A stretch of DNA of 64,000 nt from Desulfobulbaceae bacterium UBA2775. GTDB lineage: Bacteria; Desulfobacterota; Desulfobulbia; Desulfobulbales; Desulfocapsaceae. The stretch lies in the NCBI GenBank assembly GCA_002352445.1, contig DEIL01000020.1:51-64050 (forward strand), read 5' to 3'. The position numbers were made by a program, and so were the translations under genes. The notes beneath the pieces were generated by a model, which was given only the letters and a program-made list of their open reading frames with translations, did no database searches and was not told the origin of the DNA. Of this stretch, positions 31,201 to 41,067 are shown one piece after another. How positions within the stretch are numbered: position 1 is the first letter of the stretch; each line of letters begins with the position of its first letter.

Positions 31201-31372
31201 GATAAACGGTTTCCAGGTCAAAGATATGGCTGATCTGCGGATAGCCATGATGGATGCTAAAGAAGGGGAAACAATTGCAGTCAAAGTGCTGCGTAATGAC
31301 GGCAATACTCAGATGGAAAAAGCGTTTCATGTGGAACTCAGCTCTTCTCCACCTCCAATGATGCATCCCTGA
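28292..31372 (+). CDS. Secreted M1 aminopeptidase-ChaN-PDZ multidomain protein
   Basis: Signal peptide; HEILH...EGL zinc motif; ChaN-like YVGETH, GMEMF, WDETMA, LAGAQH; C-terminal PDZ (AGLLEGDIL). Confidence 0.8.
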   Translation: MVMSLIIKILSVLILLFTVSFSAAPLVLAERATEQESYQLSITFDLEENLITGTTKITIRPGHNLSLSIARLTLTGTLLKDGTGREKNILPVNDMITIPASEISRELYISYTRRISNSPENIISPDGICLVSNWHPIPDVPMAFKLTASLPDGFMAVTEADHFPLPKNGDAVTAAFSQPTQALHFIAGPYVHKKSKVREGLFVHSLFFKEEQHLANDYLQSAVLFLNRYEKEIGPYPYNHYVIAANRLPTGFAFPGFTLIGQMVLRLPFIKETSLGHEILHSWFGNNVGVDYADGNWCEGLTSYLADHSYRAEKGEGAEDRKEAILNYLSYVHEDTVIPLREFKSTSHNQRFAKARRAVGYTRSALLFHELKEKIGEQSFKDAIRLFYADNSGNEATWSDLQKSFEISSGRKLDSFFQERLEITEIPSLKVEEIDVTFQEGKPVLSFTLLQQTESPFSLLVPIRIEGVNTTTTRNQFINEKETRISMVLDSRPMELTIDPEYSFLRELHQPEMTAVLARFMGAEDRLVILASEKERTIYSSFLKTLEKNDLTVKLSSNVSNQELSENSLLFLGMDQNAARSLFGAPNHKQEGFTLDVRTNPLNPEHVAVLVSSSSKVETDAVARRIGHYGKYSFLHFLHGRNLEKKISSTQTGIHIVLEELPDGGKTSSILSFNHVIDELSNSRVIYVGETHTSLSDHLLQLRIIQALYAKDPDLAIGMEMFPAAVQSALDRYVLSEENLDERTFLEESEYFNVWRYDYRFFRDIINFARTNKIPVRGLNLDKDIVSTVFSTGNTDSLEETTLKSLPAERDLDLPGYRERLSMMHTIHMEGSHGSGNISGFIQAQGLWDETMADNIVTYLKDNPKRRMVVLAGAQHSRKDSGIPPRVKRRLNVEQSSVLNIYSSFIPSNLAQVADYFFLAGASDLPETPKIGIVLTTVEEGNLEYLEISQISPHGKAGDAGLLEGDILKTINGFQVKDMADLRIAMMDAKEGETIAVKVLRNDGNTQMEKAFHVELSSSPPPMMHP

Positions 31373-31390
31373 TGTTTTTTGTTTTCGACC

Positions 31391-31424
31391 AACACCCATG
31401 AAATTCATTTCATGGGTGTTAGAT
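31391..31424. repeat. Palindromic repeat or terminator; 23-bp half copy at 23746-23768
   Basis: AACACCCATGAAAT-tc-ATTTCATGGGTGTT; ATCTAACACCCATGAAATGAATT at 23746-23768 matches its reverse complement. Confidence 0.65.
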
Positions 31425-31539
31425 TCACAGTATTCTCATTTCCAAAATTATAAAAATTGAGTATGAAGCACATACCATAAAAATGGCTCAGGAATAACAA
31501 TAACTTTTCAAGAAATAACCCTTTTCAAAAGGAGAATCG

Positions 31540-32568
31540 ATGCATAGAATACTCGGTCTGTTTGGATTTGTTTTATTAATGTTAACTCTATCCGGAGAAT
31601 CTGGAATGGCAAAATCAAAATTGAAAGATGGTCTCTACGTAGTATTTGATACATCCAAGGGTGATATCACCTGCTCCCTTGAATTTAAGAAAACCCCCCT
31701 CACGGTTGCTAACTTTGTCGGACTTGCAGAAGGAACCAAAGATCTTGGCGGCGGAGCAAAGGGCCAAAAGTTTTACGATGGTTTAAAATTTCACAGAGTT
31801 ATTCCTGACTTTATGATCCAGGGCGGTTGTCCACTCGGTACAGGTACCGGTGGTCCCGGTTATACCTTCCCTGATGAATTTGACCCGGAACTCAACCATT
31901 CCCGACCAGGTGTCCTCTCCATGGCAAATTCAGGGCCGGGTACAAATGGCAGCCAGTTCTTTATAACTCATGTCCCTACCCCATGGCTGGATGGTAAACA
32001 TACCGTATTCGGACATGTCGTTTCCGGCCAGGACGTGGTTGATAAAATTGAAGGCGATGACCTCCTCAACTCTGTTGAAATTATAAGAGTAGGCAAAGAA
32101 GCAAAGACTTTTGCAAGTGATCAAAAGGCATTTGATGCACTTCTCGCAGGTTTCGAGGATAGGAATCGTGAAAGAGAACTTGAGGCAATGGAGGAGGCAA
32201 TCCGCTTAATTGATGAGCGATGGCCCGATGCGATTACCACTCCATCCGGACTAAAATACGTGGTGGAAAAAGAAGGTGAGGGAGAGGCAACCCCTAAGGC
32301 CGGTCAGGTGGTAACTGTTCATTATACTGGTAAATTAATAGACGGAAAAAAATTTGACAGTTCCTACGACCGCAAACAACCAATTGATTTTCCGGTTGGT
32401 AAAGGACAGGTTATCAAGGGCTGGGATGAGGCTCTTCTGGGTATGAAAAAGGGCGAAAAGCGTGTTCTTATTATTCCGTCAGACCTTGGATATGGGCCGG
32501 CAGGACGTGGACCGATCCCGCCCAATGCGACCATGATATTTGACGTAGAACTGCTGAATTTCCAGTAA
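31540..32568 (+). CDS. Cyclophilin-FKBP dual-family peptidyl-prolyl isomerase
   Basis: [13 protein letters not shown] and NGSQFFIT (cyclophilin); VHYTG, FDSS, VIKGWDE (FKBP). Confidence 0.92.
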   Translation: MHRILGLFGFVLLMLTLSGESGMAKSKLKDGLYVVFDTSKGDITCSLEFKKTPLTVANFVGLAEGTKDLGGGAKGQKFYDGLKFHRVIPDFMIQGGCPLGTGTGGPGYTFPDEFDPELNHSRPGVLSMANSGPGTNGSQFFITHVPTPWLDGKHTVFGHVVSGQDVVDKIEGDDLLNSVEIIRVGKEAKTFASDQKAFDALLAGFEDRNRERELEAMEEAIRLIDERWPDAITTPSGLKYVVEKEGEGEATPKAGQVVTVHYTGKLIDGKKFDSSYDRKQPIDFPVGKGQVIKGWDEALLGMKKGEKRVLIIPSDLGYGPAGRGPIPPNATMIFDVELLNFQ

Positions 32569-32608
32569 AACAAATAGTCAGCAGCAACAACAAATGGTAC
32601 ATTATCTC

Positions 32609-32684
32609 ACCACAGAGTTCACAGAGAGCACAGAGAAAAAGCATTTCTTTTTCTCTCCTCTGTGTTCTCTGTGAGCTCTGTGGT
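32609..32684. repeat. Inverted repeat built from 9-bp-period CACAGAG units
   Basis: ACCACAGAGTTCACAGAGAGCACAGAG (32609-32635) pairs with CTCTGTGTTCTCTGTGAGCTCTGTGGT (32658-32684), two mismatches. Confidence 0.75.
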
Positions 32685-32763
32685 TTAAGCTCTTGAAGTT
32701 TACGCTTATCCGAAGTCTACGCTTATCTGTTGTTTTCTATAACAGAAATTCAGGAGTAAAATA

Positions 32764-33729
32764 CTAATACTTCAAACCAACTCTATCACGAACCAGATCA
32801 AGGGTCACAACTGCCTTCTCCCGTGCTTTTTCGGCTCCCTTTGCAAGAATAGCACGTAACATTTCAGGATCAGCTAAAAACTCCGCCTTTTTCCGACGGG
32901 CATCCCCAAACTTATCATTAAGAAGATCCAGCAGCTCCAACTTCAGGTAACCATAAGCAGCCCCACCATTGACATAAAGATCACGGATCTCCTTCATCCT
33001 CGAAGGGAGTGCAAACAGTTCCATAATCGTAAAAAGATTGCAATTATCCGGATCTTTAGGGTTTTCAACAGGGGTAGCGTCGGTCTTAATCGCCATAACC
33101 GTCTTCTTCAACTGTTTACCTTCAAGAAAAATCGGAATGGTGTTACCATATGATTTTGACATTTTCTGGCCATCCAGTCCGGGTACAGTTGCGGTCTGCG
33201 TACTGATGGCCGGTTCGGGCACAACAAAAGTCTGGCCATACTCATTATTAAATTTCTGGGACAAATCCCGGGCAACTTCCAGATGCTGCTTCTGATCCTT
33301 TCCTACCGGCACCTGTTCAGCCTGGTAGAGAAGAATATCCGCAGCCATCAGCACAGGATATGAGAAGAGACCATGGCTTGCAGCGATACCTTTGGCAACC
33401 TTATCCTTATAGGAATGACATCGCTCAATAAGCCCCATCGGGGTAAGAGTAGAGAGAATCCAGGTTAACTCACACACTTCAGGAACATCTGACTGTACCC
33501 AGAAAATACACTTATCCGGATCAAGGCCCAATGCGAGAAAATCCGCTGCAGCTTCCAGGGTGCCCTGTGCGAGACGAGCTCGCTCTCGAACTGAAGTTAA
33601 AGCATGTAAATCAACGATAAAGACATAAAGTTCCGAATCTTCCATCCGGGAGATCATGGTCTGCATCATGCCAAAGTAGTTGCCAATATGGAGCTGGCCC
33701 GAAGGCTGTATTCCCGATAAGATTTTCAT
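32764..33729 (-). CDS. trpS: Tryptophan--tRNA ligase
   Basis: HIGN, YPVLMAADIL, VPVGKDQ, KMSKS. Confidence 0.96.
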   Translation of the reverse strand: MKILSGIQPSGQLHIGNYFGMMQTMISRMEDSELYVFIVDLHALTSVRERARLAQGTLEAAADFLALGLDPDKCIFWVQSDVPEVCELTWILSTLTPMGLIERCHSYKDKVAKGIAASHGLFSYPVLMAADILLYQAEQVPVGKDQKQHLEVARDLSQKFNNEYGQTFVVPEPAISTQTATVPGLDGQKMSKSYGNTIPIFLEGKQLKKTVMAIKTDATPVENPKDPDNCNLFTIMELFALPSRMKEIRDLYVNGGAAYGYLKLELLDLLNDKFGDARRKKAEFLADPEMLRAILAKGAEKAREKAVVTLDLVRDRVGLKY

Positions 33730-33797
33730 AACAATTTATAAGACATTAAATTAACAGTGATGAAATTGTGATGGTCTCGTAACGCCCAAAATATTTC

Positions 33798-33822
33798 GTC
33801 ATTCCCGCGCAGGCGGGAATGA
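33798..33822. repeat. dRS3-like palindrome ATTCCC-N8-GGGAAT
   Basis: GTCATTCCCGCGCAGGCGGGAATGA; identical core at 58978-59002. Confidence 0.7.
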
Positions 33823-33825
33823 TGT

Positions 33826-33863
33826 AAAAAAAAGGGAGCAGGAAAATGAATTCCTGCCCCCTT
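33826..33863 (-). terminator. dnaK terminator
   Basis: AGGGAGCAGGAA/TTCCTGCCCCCT stem followed by T8 on the minus strand. Confidence 0.7.
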
Positions 33864-33896
33864 CGATATTACTATGCTTCAGTGATTACCAAGATC

Positions 33897-35825
33897 TCAC
33901 TTCACCTCTTCGAAGTCAGCGTCAACCACATCATCATCGTCATCTTTCTTCGGCTGCGCTCCGCCGTCTCCGGCAGCTCCACCTCCATCTCCCGGAGCTC
34001 CACCATCAGGATTCTCCTTGGCAGCCTGGGCGTACATCAACTCCGCAAGCTTATGAGAAGCAGCAGTCAATGCCTCAATAGCAGTTTTGATTGCCTCGGT
34101 ATCTTCACCCTGCATTACCGACTTTACATTCTCAATCTCTTTTTCAACCGCCTGCTTTGTCTCCTCATCAACCTTATCTTCAAGATCTTTCAGACTCTTC
34201 TCGCTCGCATGAACAAGTGCATCAGCAGAGTTCCGGGTTTCCACAAGCTCTTTACGTTTTTTATCATCTTCGGCATGCAGCTCAGCATCTTTGGTCATTT
34301 TGTCGATCTCATCATCGGTCAAACCTGAAGATGCGGTGATCTGAATTGACTGCTCCTTACCGGTTCCCATATCTTTTGCTGATACGTTGAGAATACCGTT
34401 TGCATCCAGATCGAAGGTCACCTCGATTTGAGGTACACCCCGTGGTGCCGGTGGAATATTAGTCAGTTCAAACCGGCCGATGGTCTTATTATCCTCGGCC
34501 ATTTCACGCTCACCCTGCAGCACATGAATGGAAACCGCAGGCTGATTATCAGCAGCAGTTGAAAAGACCTGGCTTTTCTTGGTTGGTACCGTGGTATTCT
34601 TCTCAATCAGCTTGGTGGTTACTCCGCCAAGAGTTTCAATGCCAAGAGAGAGAGGAGTAACATCAAGCAGCAGGACATCTTTTACATCACCCTGCAGCAC
34701 GCCACCTTGAATAGCAGCACCAATGGCAACCACCTCATCCGGATTCACACCCTTATGGGGGTCCTTGCCGAATATTTCCTTCACCATCTCCTGCACTCTC
34801 GGCATCCGAGTCATACCACCGACAAGAATTACCTCATCGATATCGGAGGCGTTCAGCCCCGCATCTTTGATGGCAGTTTTGCATGGTCCCATAGTACGTT
34901 CTATCAGGTCTCCCACCAGGCTCTCAAGCTTTGCCCGGCTCAACTTGATATTAAGATGCTTAGGCCCTGAGGCGTCGGCAGTAATAAATGGCAGGTTGAT
35001 ATCAGTCTCTTTAGTGGTGGAAAGTTCCATCTTGGCCTTTTCCGCCTCTTCTTTCAACCGCTGGAGAGCCATCTTGTCAGCTTTGAGGTCAATCCCCTGC
35101 TCCCGCTTAAATTCATCGGCCAGCCAGTTGACGATCCTCATGTCAAAATCTTCACCACCCAGGAAAGTGTCACCGCTGGTGGATTTCACCTCGAATACAC
35201 CGTCACCGATTTCAAGAATAGAGATATCAAAGGTACCGCCGCCAAGATCAAATACCGCTATCTTCTCTTCCCCTTTTTTGTCAAGACCGTAGGCGAGGGC
35301 AGCGGCAGTTGGCTCGTTAATAATTCTCTGTACATTAAGTCCGGCTATTTTCCCTGCGTCTTTGGTGGCCTGACGTTGGGAATCGTTGAAGTAAGCGGGG
35401 ACAGTTACCACCGCATCGGTCACTTCCTCACCAAGGTATTCTTCCGCGGTCTGCTTCATCTTACCGAGGATCATGGCAGAAATTTCCGCCGGTCGGTATA
35501 CTTTATCCTCAACCCCAACGGAAACGCTGCCGTTGGTTCCTTCGACTATTGAAAACGGACTGACCTCTATCGATTTTTTTACCTCCGGGTCAGTAAACTT
35601 TCGTCCTATAAGGCGTTTAATTGCATAGAGTGTACGCACAGGATTGGTCACAGCCTGACGCTTTGCAACCTGTCCAACGAGGCGCTCATCATTGTCCGCA
35701 AACGCTACAACCGAAGGGGTTGTTCTGTTGCCTTCAACATTGGTAATTACCTTTGGATCGCCCCCTTCCATGACTGCAACACATGAATTGGTGGTACCCA
35801 GGTCAATTCCGATAATCTTACCCAT
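33897..35825 (-). CDS. dnaK: Chaperone DnaK
   Basis: [14 protein letters not shown] start at ATG 35825; [17 protein letters not shown]-terminal DADFEEVK. Confidence 0.98.
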   Translation of the reverse strand: MGKIIGIDLGTTNSCVAVMEGGDPKVITNVEGNRTTPSVVAFADNDERLVGQVAKRQAVTNPVRTLYAIKRLIGRKFTDPEVKKSIEVSPFSIVEGTNGSVSVGVEDKVYRPAEISAMILGKMKQTAEEYLGEEVTDAVVTVPAYFNDSQRQATKDAGKIAGLNVQRIINEPTAAALAYGLDKKGEEKIAVFDLGGGTFDISILEIGDGVFEVKSTSGDTFLGGEDFDMRIVNWLADEFKREQGIDLKADKMALQRLKEEAEKAKMELSTTKETDINLPFITADASGPKHLNIKLSRAKLESLVGDLIERTMGPCKTAIKDAGLNASDIDEVILVGGMTRMPRVQEMVKEIFGKDPHKGVNPDEVVAIGAAIQGGVLQGDVKDVLLLDVTPLSLGIETLGGVTTKLIEKNTTVPTKKSQVFSTAADNQPAVSIHVLQGEREMAEDNKTIGRFELTNIPPAPRGVPQIEVTFDLDANGILNVSAKDMGTGKEQSIQITASSGLTDDEIDKMTKDAELHAEDDKKRKELVETRNSADALVHASEKSLKDLEDKVDEETKQAVEKEIENVKSVMQGEDTEAIKTAIEALTAASHKLAELMYAQAAKENPDGGAPGDGGGAAGDGGAQPKKDDDDDVVDADFEEVK

Positions 35826-35996
35826 CTTCTTTTTCTCCTTAATAATTCCGACGGATTCTTCATCCGTCCATGACTCCTCAAAGTTAGTTAATTGCTCTAT
35901 CCATGATAGCGGCAACCTCTTCTAAAGTTGTCATCTTCCTATATTTGTCAAGGGATTCCATGTTCTTTTTAAGCAATCATTTTCCCTTGCACCAGT

Positions 35997-36602
35997 CTAA
36001 GCATTTCCCGAAGACACAATCACTTTTGCAGCACGCAGCAGCCTGTCTTTATAGTAGTATCCTTTCTCAAAATCATTTAAGACATGGTTTGACGGCACAG
36101 TATCACTGGCTTCCATAGTCAGTGCTTCATGATGTCTTGGATCGAACGGCTCACCAATACTTTCAATGGATTTCACTTCGAACTTTTCCAGAGTAGCAAC
36201 AAGGTTTTTTAAAGTCAGTTTTACACCTTCAACAAATGATTCCAGGTTTTTTCCGGCAGTAGCCCCTCCAGCTTCTCCCTGATCAATGGCCCTTTCAAGG
36301 TTATCAACAACAGGAAGCATCTCCCTTAAAATTTGTTCACCGGCATATTTCAAGCTGGCTGAGCGCTCCCGTGCCATACGTTTTTTAAAATTCTCGTTTT
36401 CAGCTGCCGCACGTAACATTTTATCACGGAGGTCAGCTACCTCTTCGAGGGCCTGGACGAGTGCCTTTTCCGGATCCCATACCTCCTCCACTGAAGGAGC
36501 ATCATCTTCACCTTTCCCCTGTTCACTCTCTGAGGGTGCATTACCTCCCTCTACAATTTCAACATCCTCATGTGACTCATCACTTTTATTCACTTTGCTC
36601 AC
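35997..36602 (-). CDS. grpE: Nucleotide exchange factor GrpE
   Basis: AENENFKKR, LPVVDNLERA, FDPRHHEA, RLLRAAKV; likely GTG start 36602 after GGAGG. Confidence 0.93.
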   Translation of the reverse strand: MSKVNKSDESHEDVEIVEGGNAPSESEQGKGEDDAPSVEEVWDPEKALVQALEEVADLRDKMLRAAAENENFKKRMARERSASLKYAGEQILREMLPVVDNLERAIDQGEAGGATAGKNLESFVEGVKLTLKNLVATLEKFEVKSIESIGEPFDPRHHEALTMEASDTVPSNHVLNDFEKGYYYKDRLLRAAKVIVSSGNA

Positions 36603-36840
36603 GATTCCTCCATTCTCTGCAATTTTTCTCTGCCGGCACCATTCCTTTTCTGAATCTGTGCCAACAATAAGTAGCCGGTTTTTTCCTGTCAAGAGAGGGG
36701 AAATCAAAATCAGGAAATTTCCTCGGGAGGGAGATACAATGGGTAAAATACTTTTGTAACCAGGATATTATTTTATCAAACCGGGAGTACCAGCTGTTCC
36801 CGGTAGACAAAAAGATGGTATGGTCGAAAGTGAGAGGAAC

Positions 36841-38145
36841 TCAGCTATTGAGATAGGATTCAATTGCGATTGCGACAGTGGAAAAGATTTTTTCAAATTC
36901 TTCTTCATCTGTCTCCAGCAAGGTAATACGAAAACCGTTGATCTTTGTAGCAAAGGAGGTAAGTGGCACAACACATACCCCTGTTGATCCCAAGAGGTAA
37001 TAGACAAAACGCTTATCAAGTGCTGTGTCCTCGGGAGCGACCAGTTCCTCTATCATTCCCTTGACTTCTTTATTTTCGATGGCCAGAGTCTGGCTACTGC
37101 TGAGAATACCCTCTTCAAAACAGACACTCATATAAAAGGCGCCGTTTGTTCTGTTGACCAGAACACCTTTCAGATTTTTCAGACATTCATAGGCAATGTT
37201 CGAGAACTTCTCATACCTCTTTACCCTCTTCAACAGATAATCAGGATATTCAGGGTGGGTTACAACCATTGGGTAAACTGTTTGCGGCAGTGTAGTCGAA
37301 CAGACCTCTACCATTTTAGAATTGAGAATCGAATCTATATATTTTGAAAACATAGGATCTTTATCCCTGTTATATATCTCAATCCATCCGCACCGGGCAC
37401 CGGGCCAGGGCATTTCTTTGGAGATACCGCGCATAGCAATTGCGGGTACATCACCGATCACCTCTGCCAGGGTCGCAGTTTTGGTATCGTTATAATAAAT
37501 ATGCTGATAAACCTCATCACAGATCAGAAAAAGATCGTATCTGCGAGCGATCTCCACTATCGCCTCTAAGATCTCTTTTGGGTAAACAGCACCTGTAGGG
37601 TTATCAGGATTTATAATCAGAATTCCCGCAACAGCCGGATTATATTTAACACATTTTTCTATGTCATCAAGATCCGGATACCAGTGGTTATTGGGATCGA
37701 GAATATAAGTCAGGGGGCTGTGACCGGCATGAGCCGCTTCAGCAGAGGAATGAGTGGAATAACTTGGAGTAGGGACAAGAACCCGTGCTGTGCGTTTTAA
37801 AAACCCAAAAATTTTGGAGATGGCATCACCCAGGCCATTAAAAAAGATGATGTCTTCGGCATCAATTTGCACTTTGCCTAATTTATTTGTCTGACCTGCA
37901 ATGAATTCACGGGTGGCAAGAACCCCCTTAGTCGAAGAGTAACCGTAGGTATGATCTTGACGCACGGAATCAACGACAATCTCCTTCATCCAATCTGGGA
38001 CTTTCTCACCCTTTGCAATGGGATCGCCTATATTTTCCCAATTTGTTTTCAACCCGAGCTTTTGTAATTTTTCACCGACATTGACTATATTTCGAATCTC
38101 ATATGTCAATTCTCCAGCCCCGATATGAACAATATTTGTTCTCAT
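36841..38145 (-). CDS. PLP-dependent aminotransferase class I/II (AlaA-like)
   Basis: NIGDP, INPDNPTG, DEVY, ISKEMPWPGARCGW. Confidence 0.88.
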   Translation of the reverse strand: MRTNIVHIGAGELTYEIRNIVNVGEKLQKLGLKTNWENIGDPIAKGEKVPDWMKEIVVDSVRQDHTYGYSSTKGVLATREFIAGQTNKLGKVQIDAEDIIFFNGLGDAISKIFGFLKRTARVLVPTPSYSTHSSAEAAHAGHSPLTYILDPNNHWYPDLDDIEKCVKYNPAVAGILIINPDNPTGAVYPKEILEAIVEIARRYDLFLICDEVYQHIYYNDTKTATLAEVIGDVPAIAMRGISKEMPWPGARCGWIEIYNRDKDPMFSKYIDSILNSKMVEVCSTTLPQTVYPMVVTHPEYPDYLLKRVKRYEKFSNIAYECLKNLKGVLVNRTNGAFYMSVCFEEGILSSSQTLAIENKEVKGMIEELVAPEDTALDKRFVYYLLGSTGVCVVPLTSFATKINGFRITLLETDEEEFEKIFSTVAIAIESYLNS

Positions 38146-38304
38146 AAAATCTTACTCCTTGCGTGCATATCAACTCTCTATTTACAGACAAGACACCATG
38201 TTTTATAAAGATTTGTCACTTACCACAGCTGCTAATACATGTCAACAGAAGGAGAAAAGAAGAATATTTCTTGTTTTCTACCACAAAAATTCTGGAATAA
38301 GGTG

Positions 38305-39669
38305 CTAACCATTATTTACATCATATTTATTTAACTTGTTCAACAAGGTCTTCCGTGTGATCCCCAATCGACGGGCTGCCTCACTTTTGTTGCCGGAGGT
38401 CTCTTCAATTGTCTTGATAATAAGCTTTTTCTCGGATTCAAAAAGTGATACCGGAATCTGTTCATCCACTATATGGTTGTTTTCAATCTGATTTTGTATG
38501 GCCAGAGGCAAACTCCTCTCTGTCAGAGAGGTTCCACGCATAAGAATAACACCCCGTTCAATGGCATTTTCAAGCTCCCTCACATTTCCAGGCCAGGGAT
38601 AGCGGATGAGCAGATCCATGCATTCAGGGGTTATTTTTTCAAGATTTCTCCGATTTTTCTTAGCAAACTTCCCGGCAAAATGTTCCACCAGTTGTCGAAT
38701 ATCCTCTCCTCGCTTCCGGAGTGGAGGTACCACAATCATCACAACATTCAACCGATAATACAGATCATCTCTAAAGTTGTTTTTTTTGACCTCTTCCTCG
38801 AGAGCCCTGTTGGTGGCAGCTATTATTCGTACATCAACACTGATTGTCTTATCCCCACCAACTCGCTGCAACTCCTGTTCCTGCAAGACTCTCAACAGTT
38901 TCACCTGCATGGCCTGAGAAGTTTCCCCGATCTCGTCAAGAAAAAGCGTTCCACCATCTGCCTGAACAAACTTTCCTTCTCTCCTCTTCTCAGCTCCGGT
39001 AAAAGCCCCCTTCTCATGCCCAAACAGTTCTGATTCAAGCAGTCCTTCGGCAAGAGCGGCACAGTTCACCTTAACAAAGGGATTATTCTTCCGTTCACTG
39101 TTGACATGCAGGGCTTCAGCAACCAACTCCTTTCCTGTACCTGATTCACCATAGATGAGAACTGTAGCCTCTGTTGGCGCAACATAGGAGATCATCTCCA
39201 AAAGTTCTACCATCGGTGGAGAGGAACCGATGATGCGAGTCTTCAGTCCAGTTTTTCCCTTTTCCAGCTGGTATTTTTTGGCAACGACCTGATGGTGATC
39301 AACTGCCCGTTCCAGTGCAAGTCGCAACCGGTCAAAATCAAGGGGTTTTGTAAGATAATCGTGAGCACCCTGCTGGATTGTCTCCACGGCACTTTCCACT
39401 GTAGAATAAGCGGTCATGAGAATAACCGGCAGTGTCGGGGCAATGGCCTGGATGCGTATAAAGGCCTCACGTCCATCCATTCGAGCCATACGAATATCCA
39501 TCAGAACGGCATCATATGAATGGTTTTCTACTGCAGTAACCGCGGTTGTGCCATCATCTGCCTCGACAACACGATATCCCCACTCCCCCAGCATTGAGCA
39601 AAGCATATAACGATGGACCTGATCATCATCTACAACCAGCACAGCAGCCATGTCCTTTTCACCGGCCAT
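38305..39669 (-). CDS. Sigma54-dependent response regulator (NtrC/ZraR-like)
   Basis: REC domain, GESGTGKE, GAFTGA, WPGNVRELEN, Fis-type HTH. Confidence 0.93.
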   Translation of the reverse strand: MAGEKDMAAVLVVDDDQVHRYMLCSMLGEWGYRVVEADDGTTAVTAVENHSYDAVLMDIRMARMDGREAFIRIQAIAPTLPVILMTAYSTVESAVETIQQGAHDYLTKPLDFDRLRLALERAVDHHQVVAKKYQLEKGKTGLKTRIIGSSPPMVELLEMISYVAPTEATVLIYGESGTGKELVAEALHVNSERKNNPFVKVNCAALAEGLLESELFGHEKGAFTGAEKRREGKFVQADGGTLFLDEIGETSQAMQVKLLRVLQEQELQRVGGDKTISVDVRIIAATNRALEEEVKKNNFRDDLYYRLNVVMIVVPPLRKRGEDIRQLVEHFAGKFAKKNRRNLEKITPECMDLLIRYPWPGNVRELENAIERGVILMRGTSLTERSLPLAIQNQIENNHIVDEQIPVSLFESEKKLIIKTIEETSGNKSEAARRLGITRKTLLNKLNKYDVNNG

Positions 39670-39709
39670 TTAAAACCATTTCCAGTCTATATAACGAACA
39701 CAGTTCATG

Positions 39710-40285
39710 TTATTGTTTAATTTTCTTTACCACCCAGCCTAAGTTTTCGCCCAGGGTTTTCATAGTAGCAAGACCCTCTTCGTCTCCTGCCACCTCACCT
39801 TTTCCACCACCGATTCCAATATTCCAGTAAGAAGAACCTACCACAATCATTTCACCTATCAGAAAGAAGTGATTAAGCGAGTCAAAAGCATGAACAGCAC
39901 CTGCTCGACGCTTAGCAACAACCCCGGCACCCAGTTTTCGTTTAAACATATTTCCATTTGCTCTTCCCACCATTCCCGATCGATCTATCAGAGCCTTCAT
40001 CTCCGATGAAATATCAGCAAAATAGGTTGGTGACCCGAGAAGTATCACATCCGCGGCCAGCATCTTTTCAATACACTCGTTCACCACATCTTTTTTAAAG
40101 ACACAACGCTGATCCTTATTCTTAAAGCAGCTCATGCAGGCTTTACATCCGGGAACAGACTTGCCGGCAAGCTCGACCAGTTCTGTTTCAACGCCCATTT
40201 CAGCAAGTGGTTCAAGAACTGTATTTAACAGCAGTGCTGTATTCCCATTTTTTCTTGCACTTCCACAAAAAGCGACAGCTTTCAT
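39710..40285 (-). CDS. Iron-sulfur flavoprotein (flavodoxin-like)
   Basis: GSARKNGNT, CKACMSC...C cluster motif, GSPTYF. Confidence 0.88.
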   Translation of the reverse strand: MKAVAFCGSARKNGNTALLLNTVLEPLAEMGVETELVELAGKSVPGCKACMSCFKNKDQRCVFKKDVVNECIEKMLAADVILLGSPTYFADISSEMKALIDRSGMVGRANGNMFKRKLGAGVVAKRRAGAVHAFDSLNHFFLIGEMIVVGSSYWNIGIGGGKGEVAGDEEGLATMKTLGENLGWVVKKIKQ

Positions 40286-40438
40286 TTTTTTTCTCCTTTA
40301 TAAATATGCCCGCCCCTGCCCCGACCTCTTCACAAATATGGATTGATCTCCAGGGAAATGCAAGGATAAAAAACTTGAGGAAATCAAATGCCGAGTGTAA
40401 AAAGATGTAAAATGAATTCTACCAGAGGTGAAAACTAT

Positions 40439-41050
40439 ATGACAACAGTAACTGTTGACAAAAGATTAATCACACCATCAAAAATTATCTGTATCGGCAG
40501 AAATTATGTGAAACATATCAGGGAACTGGGCAATGAGCTTCCTGACCAAATGGTAGTCTTTCTCAAGCCGAATTCCGCAATATCAGTAGAGCTGAAATCC
40601 AGCCATCAGGGACCGCTCCAATATGAGAGTGAATTATCTTTTCTCTACGAAAAAGGCAAGTTCTCCGCCGTGGGTTTTGGCTTGGATCTCACCAAGCGTG
40701 ACCTGCAAAGCCGCCTGAAAGAGAGAGGACTGCCGTGGGAGCGGGCTAAGGCGTTTGATGGCTCTGCCATTTTCAGTAATTTCAAGAAAATTCCAGAAAT
40801 CACCCCGTCACTCACCCTGGAACTGAAAATAGACAGTAAAATTGTTCAAACCGGCAATGTCGGCTCCATGATCTACAAACCTGAACAGATTTTGAGCGAA
40901 TTATCCACCTTCATAACTTTGCAGGATGGTGATATAGTCATGACCGGAACCCCAGAAGGGGTGGGTGTAATTAACCCAAATCAACTTTTCACCGGCACAA
41001 TCAGAGACCGGGGTCAAACAGTTGTCAGTGGTGAATGGCTGGCAGATTGA
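40439..41050 (+). CDS. Fumarylacetoacetate hydrolase family protein (YcgM-like)
   Basis: KIICIGRNY, FLKP, DLTKRDLQ, GDIVMTGTPEGVG; start likely 40439. Confidence 0.9.
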   Translation: MTTVTVDKRLITPSKIICIGRNYVKHIRELGNELPDQMVVFLKPNSAISVELKSSHQGPLQYESELSFLYEKGKFSAVGFGLDLTKRDLQSRLKERGLPWERAKAFDGSAIFSNFKKIPEITPSLTLELKIDSKIVQTGNVGSMIYKPEQILSELSTFITLQDGDIVMTGTPEGVGVINPNQLFTGTIRDRGQTVVSGEWLAD

Positions 41051-41067
41051 TTTTTTTTACAGCACCA

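Noticed and set aside
33897-36707. Long ORF-track starts for dnaK (35915) and grpE (36707); possible CIRCE element
   Set aside because: Homology and RBS positions favour 35825 and 36602; no TTAGCACTC-N9-GAGTGCTAA was seen upstream.
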